DNA from: Acidimicrobiia bacterium
GTDB taxonomy: Bacteria > Actinomycetota > Acidimicrobiia > Spongiisociales > ZC4RG35
Assembly: GCA_028284765.1 (NCBI GenBank)
Contig: JANQRA010000002.1
Coordinates: 179,832-243,831, forward strand
Direction of reading: 5' to 3'
DNA length: 64,000 nucleotides
Position numbers and translations under genes: made by a program. The notes under the pieces are model-generated. The model saw only the letters and a program-made list of their open reading frames with translations, was not told where the DNA came from and searched no databases. How positions within the stretch are numbered: the stretch's first letter is position 1; the number at the start of each line of letters is the position of its first letter. This document shows positions 63,647 to 64,000 of the stretch, piece by piece.

Positions 63647-64000
63647 GACTCCCGAGACAACAAACGCAACGGTTCACGAGTCGATGGCCCGTTTCCGGTC
63701 GTCGCTTCTTCGACGCGCGTCTGCTGTTGCCTGGGTTGTTCTCATCATCATCGGATCTCAGGCGGTCCGGTCGCCACAGGAAGACAACACCCAACTATTC
63801 ACCCAGCCTGAGTTCTTCGTACCCATGGCCGGTCTGGCGGGGCTCCTGATTCTCTCAACTGCCATCCGCTGGGACCGAGTAATGCGTACGCAAGCAGCAC
63901 CCTGGGCTGCAACTGGCTGGCTGTTGGCGATGATCGGCGGCGTCACCGCGCTCGCTGTCATTCCCGAGTTGAACACAACCGCAGAGCCCATCCTCTTCGG
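63646..64000 (+). CDS. Possible membrane protein, N-terminal fragment (runs off the window end)
   Basis: An ATG at 63646 opens a frame with no stop in the window, with hydrophobic segments (…AVAWVVLIIIGSQ… and …MAGLAGLLILSTAI…). Not in the ORF track. Weak evidence. Confidence 0.3.

Noticed and set aside
1-64000. Search for CRISPR arrays, tRNA/rRNA genes, transposases or phage integrases
   Set aside because: No direct-repeat/spacer arrays were seen. Intergenic gaps are short (mostly under 100 bp) and the larger ones (6927-7122, 17505-17640, 19942-20225) contain no cloverleaf-like GTTCGA-type tRNA signatures. The only tyrosine recombinase is xerC in its conserved chromosomal context.

Overview
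High-GC, gene-dense chromosomal segment with the codon usage and gene order of an actinobacterium (inference from synteny; exact taxon unknown).

The minus strand carries a housekeeping backbone: ispG (partial), rseP, dxr, cdsA, frr, pyrH, tsf, rpsB, a FliA/WhiG-type sigma factor, xerC, dprA, YifB/ComM ATPase, yraN, DUF2469, lepB, rplS, trmD, thiolase, rimM, KH protein, rpsP, ffh, cdd, ftsY, smc, acyP, mutM, rnc, plsX, rpmF, yceD, coaD, rsmD, recG, ddl, a MurF-like ligase and an alpha/beta hydrolase.

The backbone is interrupted in two places:
- About 7.1-10.9 kb: a plus-strand accessory block with queG, an LLM oxidoreductase, a frameshifted marR, nmrA and ybaK.
- About 26.5-46.6 kb: a roughly 20-kb accessory block between ffh and ftsY. 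It contains a VOC-DUF2087-MoxR-VWA-XdhC maturation operon, an AAA-LuxR (LAL) regulator, DUF4242, an LCP protein, ppc, upp, an alkyltransferase-like (ATL) protein, deoA, etfBA, a methyltransferase, a DUF222/HNH (REP13E12-like) gene, DUF2007, DUF1684, an APH-like kinase and a lamin-tail lipoprotein.

No rRNA, tRNA, CRISPR array, integrase (other than xerC) or transposase was recognised. Intergenic space is small.

The most noteworthy non-coding signal is a 49-nt structured palindromic element, GAACCC(A/T)GGGTTC-N23-GAACCCTGGGTT. It occurs twice, each time immediately downstream of a stop codon and in the same orientation relative to transcription, so it looks like a repeated terminator or REP-like hairpin family.

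Other notable items:
- a Flp-type prepilin with a 110-aa Lys/Ala/Glu-rich tail inserted between rseP and ispG;
- a marR regulator that is frameshifted inside its HTH;
- a yeast-Fcy1-type cytosine deaminase;
- an ATL (alkyltransferase-like, Cys to Trp) gene embedded in a upp-deoA pyrimidine salvage operon;
- a Mur-ligase-like protein whose N-terminal substrate domain is replaced by a roughly 150-aa membrane domain next to ddl;
- an orphan CoxD/CoxE/XdhC-like maturation operon with no Mo-hydroxylase structural genes in the window.
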